From Clostridia bacterium (GTDB lineage Bacteria; Bacillota; Clostridia; UBA1212), in the NCBI GenBank assembly GCA_017625675.1, contig JAGAKK010000026.1, positions 32,469 to 96,468 of the forward strand: DNA of 64,000 bases. The letters are read 5' to 3'. Both the position numbers and the translations under genes were made by a program. Numbering within the stretch: position 1 is the first letter of the stretch; every line of letters starts with the position of its first letter. Below the pieces are notes generated by a model. That model saw nothing but the letters and a program-made list of their open reading frames with translations, ran no database searches and had not been told where the DNA came from. Below, piece after piece: positions 60,072-64,000 of this stretch.

Positions 60072-61418
60072 ATGGAATTTATCAGCACCGAGAAAACTCG
60101 TGACAAACTTGACATTGAAAACATTATTGAAGATTACAATAACGGCCTTTTGAAGCACGGAGACATTGTAGAAGTTAAAGGTTCTATCCACAGACTCAGA
60201 ATTATGAGTGGCTTTGCCTTTGTAGTTCTCAGAACTCCCAGAAGACTTTTCCAGTGTGTGTACACTGACGGAGAGGCTGATTTTGATATAAACACTATTC
60301 CCGAAGAGGCTTGCGTTATCGCAAAAGGTAAAATCGTTACCGACGAGCGTTGCGCTCTGGGCTTTGAAGTACACCTTACCGGTATGACAGTGCTTTCACA
60401 GCCCGCCGAGCTTTTGCCCTTGGTTATTAATAAAAAGGAATTGAAGCTTGGTATCGACGTGCTCCTTGATAACAGAGCAATTACCCTCAGAAATCCCAGA
60501 GAGCGTGCGATTCTTAAGATTGCCGACGGTGTAATGTGCGCATTCAGAAACTTCCTGCACAGCGAAGGCTTTACAGAGTTTGTTGCACCGAAGATCGTAC
60601 AGGCAGGCGCTGAAGGCGGCGCAGATATGTTTGAGCTTGACTACTTCGGCCAGAAAGCATACCTTGCCCAGAGCCCCCAGATGTACAAGCAGATGATGGT
60701 TGGCGTATTTACAAAAGTATTTACCATGAGCCCCGTTTTCCGCGCAGAGAAGCACAGCACATCCAGACATATCAATGAATTCCAGGGTCTTGACCTTGAA
60801 ATGGGATTTATTAATTCCTTTGAGGACATTATGGCCCTTGAAGCGAGAATGATGGTCTACATTTTCAACTTCCTCCGCACAGAGTACGCTATGGATCTTG
60901 CAGAGCTTAAGGTTACTCTCCCCGAGATCAAAGACATTCCCAAGATCAAATTCATGGACGCAAAGAATCTCATTCAGGAAGTGTACAAAAGACCTTACCG
61001 CGACCCTAACGACCTTGAGCCTGACGAGGAAAAACTTATCGGAAAATATTTCATGGAAAAATACGGCTCACCTTTCGTATTCGTTACCCATTACCCCACG
61101 AAGAAGCGTCCCTTCTACACAATGGACGATCCCGAAAACCCTGAATTCACACTCAGCTTCGACCTTCTTCTCAACGGTACCGAAGTAACCACAGGCGGCC
61201 AGAGAATCCACGACTACAACGAGCAAGTTGCCAAGATGCAGTCTCGCGACATGGATATCAACGATTTCAGCGACTACCTCATGATGCACAAGTGCGGCAT
61301 GCCTCCTCACGGCGGTCTGGGCCTTGGTCTTGAGAGATTGGTAATGAGAATCCTTAACCTTGACAACATCAAGTACGCAACGGCATTCCCCAGAGATCTC
61401 AACAGACTTAACCCTTAA
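60072..61418 (+). CDS. aspS: aspartate--tRNA ligase, archaeal/non-discriminating type (AspRS2)
   Basis: 448 aa class II aaRS. FRAEKHSTSRHINEFQGLDLEM and PPHGGLGLGLERLVM (AspRS/AsnRS motif 2/3), with N-terminal OB anticodon-binding fold. Followed by gatCAB. Confidence 0.8.
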   Translation: MEFISTEKTRDKLDIENIIEDYNNGLLKHGDIVEVKGSIHRLRIMSGFAFVVLRTPRRLFQCVYTDGEADFDINTIPEEACVIAKGKIVTDERCALGFEVHLTGMTVLSQPAELLPLVINKKELKLGIDVLLDNRAITLRNPRERAILKIADGVMCAFRNFLHSEGFTEFVAPKIVQAGAEGGADMFELDYFGQKAYLAQSPQMYKQMMVGVFTKVFTMSPVFRAEKHSTSRHINEFQGLDLEMGFINSFEDIMALEARMMVYIFNFLRTEYAMDLAELKVTLPEIKDIPKIKFMDAKNLIQEVYKRPYRDPNDLEPDEEKLIGKYFMEKYGSPFVFVTHYPTKKRPFYTMDDPENPEFTLSFDLLLNGTEVTTGGQRIHDYNEQVAKMQSRDMDINDFSDYLMMHKCGMPPHGGLGLGLERLVMRILNLDNIKYATAFPRDLNRLNP

Positions 61419-61552
61419 TAATCGCTGTAAATATCATAAAAATAAGACTTTGAACGATAATGCAAAGCAGTTGTTACGACATTAAAAATTCTAATAGCTG
61501 TTTTGCATTATTTTATAATCAACCGTAAACTTATCGAAAGCAGAGGAATATC

Positions 61553-61849
61553 ATGCAAATTTCAAAAGAAACCGTAGAACACATAGCACACCTCGCAAAG
61601 TTAGAGCTCTCGCAAGAAGAGTTTTCAAGGGCAGAGCAAGCCCTGACCGACATTATCGGCCACGCTGAAATTCTGAATTCATTGTCCTCAAAGGGCTCCC
61701 CTACGGTATCTGCCAACGAGTTTATTTGTTCACGACAAAACCTGCTAAGGCTGGATACGCCTGGCGCCTCCACTCCAAAAGAGCATTTATTAGAAAATGC
61801 AGCTTCGCACGATAACGATTACTTCATCGTGCCCAAAACTGTTGATTGA
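61553..61849 (+). CDS. gatC: Asp-tRNA(Asn)/Glu-tRNA(Gln) amidotransferase subunit C
   Basis: 98 aa. MQISKETVEHIAHLAKLELSQEE is the typical GatC N-terminus. 4-nt overlap with gatA. Confidence 0.85.
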   Translation: MQISKETVEHIAHLAKLELSQEEFSRAEQALTDIIGHAEILNSLSSKGSPTVSANEFICSRQNLLRLDTPGASTPKEHLLENAASHDNDYFIVPKTVD

Positions 61850-63330
61850 CGGAGGTAAGCTTTATGAACATTACTGATTTTTCCGTCACACAACTTTCTT
61901 CAATGATTAAGAAGAAGGAACTCTCTGTTTCTGAGGTCACAAATGCAGTCCTTGACAATATCACTGCCCGCGACAAAAACATTAACGCCTACATTACCGT
62001 TGCCGCAGAAAAAGCCCTGCAACGAAGCAAAGAAGTCCAGAAACTTCTCGACAATGGCGAACTTTGCGACTCCCCTCTGGCAGGAATTCCTGTTTCCATT
62101 AAAGACAATATCTGCACAAAAGGAATCCGCACCACGTGCGCTTCCCGAATGCTTGAAAATTTTATCCCCCCGTATAACGCCCACGCAACAGAACTTCTTG
62201 AAAACGCCGGCGCAATAATCATCGGAAAACTTAACATGGACGAATTCGCCATGGGCTCCACCTCAGAAACCTCTTTTTTCGGTGCTGTCTCAAACCCCTG
62301 GAACACGGACTACACACCCGGCGGGTCTTCAGGAGGATGCGCTGCAGCAATCATTTCCGGACAAGCCTTGCTGACGTTAGGCAGTGATACCGGCGGCAGC
62401 ATTCGACAGCCTGCTTCAATGTGCGGTGTCACAGGATTTAAACCCACCTACGGAACGGTTTCCCGCTACGGACTGATAGCATACGCCTCCTCAATGGACC
62501 AGATAGGCCCCATCGCCCGTTCAGCAGAAGATTGTGTCGCATGTATGAAGGTAATCTCCGGATACGACCCCAAAGACAACACAAGTATAAATAGCACACT
62601 CTCCTCTTTTCCTCTCAACAAAGATTTATCCGGCATAAAGATAGGCGTTCCCTATGAATATTTTGGAAACAATCTCTCGGGCGAAGTAAAAAAAGAGATC
62701 TACACGGCTATAGAAACGTTAAAAACATTAGGCGCAGATATCTGTGAATTCAGTTTTCCCATCTCAGAATACGCAATTGCAGCCTACTACGTCATTGCCT
62801 CTGCGGAGGCAAGCTCCAACCTTGCCCGTTATGACGGCATTCGCTACGGACACCGAAGCAGCGATTCAGTTAGCCTCGAAGATATTTACATAAAAAGCCG
62901 CAGCGAAGGTTTTGGCTCTGAGGTCAAAAACAGAATAATGCTGGGCACTTTTGCGCTGTCTGCAGGATACTACGATGAATACTACCGGAAGGCCCTTGTC
63001 GCTCGCGATCTTATCAAAAAATCTTTTGACGAAGCATTTTCAAAATACGACGTGATAATTTCTCCCGTTTCACCGTGCACCGCCCCCCAAAAAGGGCAAA
63101 GTTTATCAGACCCGATGAAGATGTATCTTTCCGATGCATATACGGTGGGCGCAAATTTAGCAGGACTTCCTGCCATTTCGCTGCCCTGCGGCTTTGACGG
63201 CAATGGTCTGCCTATAGGTTTTCAGCTTATCGGCCCCAAACTTCAGGATCAAAAACTGCTTAATATCGGACAAATATTCCAAAAACATACCAATTTCCAC
63301 AAACAAGTGCCCGGAGGTGAAAAATTATGA
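61846..63330 (+). CDS. gatA: Asp-tRNA(Asn)/Glu-tRNA(Gln) amidotransferase subunit A
   Basis: 494 aa amidase signature family (GGSSGG…, Ser-cisSer-Lys triad region). Confidence 0.9.
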   Translation: MTEVSFMNITDFSVTQLSSMIKKKELSVSEVTNAVLDNITARDKNINAYITVAAEKALQRSKEVQKLLDNGELCDSPLAGIPVSIKDNICTKGIRTTCASRMLENFIPPYNAHATELLENAGAIIIGKLNMDEFAMGSTSETSFFGAVSNPWNTDYTPGGSSGGCAAAIISGQALLTLGSDTGGSIRQPASMCGVTGFKPTYGTVSRYGLIAYASSMDQIGPIARSAEDCVACMKVISGYDPKDNTSINSTLSSFPLNKDLSGIKIGVPYEYFGNNLSGEVKKEIYTAIETLKTLGADICEFSFPISEYAIAAYYVIASAEASSNLARYDGIRYGHRSSDSVSLEDIYIKSRSEGFGSEVKNRIMLGTFALSAGYYDEYYRKALVARDLIKKSFDEAFSKYDVIISPVSPCTAPQKGQSLSDPMKMYLSDAYTVGANLAGLPAISLPCGFDGNGLPIGFQLIGPKLQDQKLLNIGQIFQKHTNFHKQVPGGEKL

Positions 63331-64000
63331 TCTGGGAAACCGTCATAGGTCTTGAAATCCACGCAGAGCTTTACACCAAAACAAAAATTTTCTGTAGCTG
63401 TTCCACTTCTTTCGGCAACGCTCCCAACACACAATGTTGTCCCGTGTGTACCGCAATGCCCGGTGCATTGCCCACCTTAAACAAACAAGTTCCGGAGCTT
63501 GCATTGAAAGCCGGATTGGCCCTTGGTTGCACTGTAACAAAACACACTAAATTCGACCGTAAAAACTATTTCTATCCCGATTTGCCCAAAGCATATCAGA
63601 TATCTCAGCTTTATGCGCCAATTCTCAGAAACGGTCACCTGACGATATTCACTGATAACTCCGAAAAAGACATTCGCATCTCAGAAATACACATGGAAGA
63701 AGATGCCGGAAAGCTTATCCACGACAACGAATCCGGAATCAGTAAAATTGACTACAACCGCTGCGGTGTTCCCTTGATAGAAATTGTCACTGCACCTGAT
63801 TTTCGCACAGCTGCGGAAGTCACCTCTTTTATTGAAGAATTATCGGCCATATTGCGCTACACCAACGTCTGTGATTGCAAAATGCAGGAAGGTTCCTTGC
63901 GCGTTGACGTAAATCTTTCAGTTCGTCCTGAGGGCACAGAGCTTCTGGGCACTCGTACTGAAATGAAAAATCTCAACTCCATAAAAGCAATATCAAGAGC
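63327..64000 (+). CDS. gatB: Asp-tRNA(Asn)/Glu-tRNA(Gln) amidotransferase subunit B (3'-truncated by window end)
   Basis: Not in the ORF track because no stop falls inside the window. The ATG overlaps the gatA stop (ATGA). MIWETVIGLEIHAELYTKTKIFCSCSTSFG…PVCTAMPGALP is the canonical GatB N-terminus. Confidence 0.85.
   Translation, partial: MIWETVIGLEIHAELYTKTKIFCSCSTSFGNAPNTQCCPVCTAMPGALPTLNKQVPELALKAGLALGCTVTKHTKFDRKNYFYPDLPKAYQISQLYAPILRNGHLTIFTDNSEKDIRISEIHMEEDAGKLIHDNESGISKIDYNRCGVPLIEIVTAPDFRTAAEVTSFIEELSAILRYTNVCDCKMQEGSLRVDVNLSVRPEGTELLGTRTEMKNLNSIKAISR

Overview
This 64 kb window looks like a chromosome segment from a low/medium-GC Gram-positive anaerobe, probably a spore-forming Clostridia-type gut bacterium. 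Evidence: the germination protease gpr, a DUF421/DUF4363 pair, an IspH–S1 fusion, a BMP-type nucleoside ABC transporter and a polysaccharide utilisation locus. Most genes are on the minus strand in compact operons.

Gene order along the window:
- A 5'-truncated ORF, then a Fic-domain protein.
- asnA, an alpha/beta hydrolase, the DUF4363/DUF421 pair, ligA, gpr, rpsT, hup.
- An ispH/rpsA fusion with plsC, cmk, folC and folT. folT is preceded by a clear THF riboswitch.
- ackA-pta, a lipoprotein barnase-like RNase with barstar, upp-uraA, and a polar amino-acid ABC transporter.
- A large mixed starch/beta-1,4-galactan utilisation region. It contains a sugar ABC transporter with an extended binding protein, a cytoplasmic and a secreted GH53, a Zn-ribbon protein, an unassigned 601-aa protein, a GH13 amylase lipoprotein, an S51 peptidase-like gene, malQ and a type I pullulanase.
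- A solo HipA-like kinase and a BMP nucleoside ABC transporter.
- An AT-rich accessory island at about 46.4–50.3 kb. It carries small membrane and hypothetical ORFs, a degenerate RHS C-terminal remnant with an immunity-like small gene, and repeated palindromes.
- A cell-wall amidase, two hypotheticals, an LCP protein, smpB, rny, a cdsB-like gene, an acyl-CoA ligase, and non-discriminating aspS with gatCAB (gatB runs off the 3' end).

No rRNA, tRNA or CRISPR array was recognised. The most unusual content is three families of interspersed perfect palindromic or hairpin repeats with a shared CAGGGGG(A)CAG-like core, one of which punctuates the AT-rich island. Manually derived coordinates may be off by 1–2 nt.
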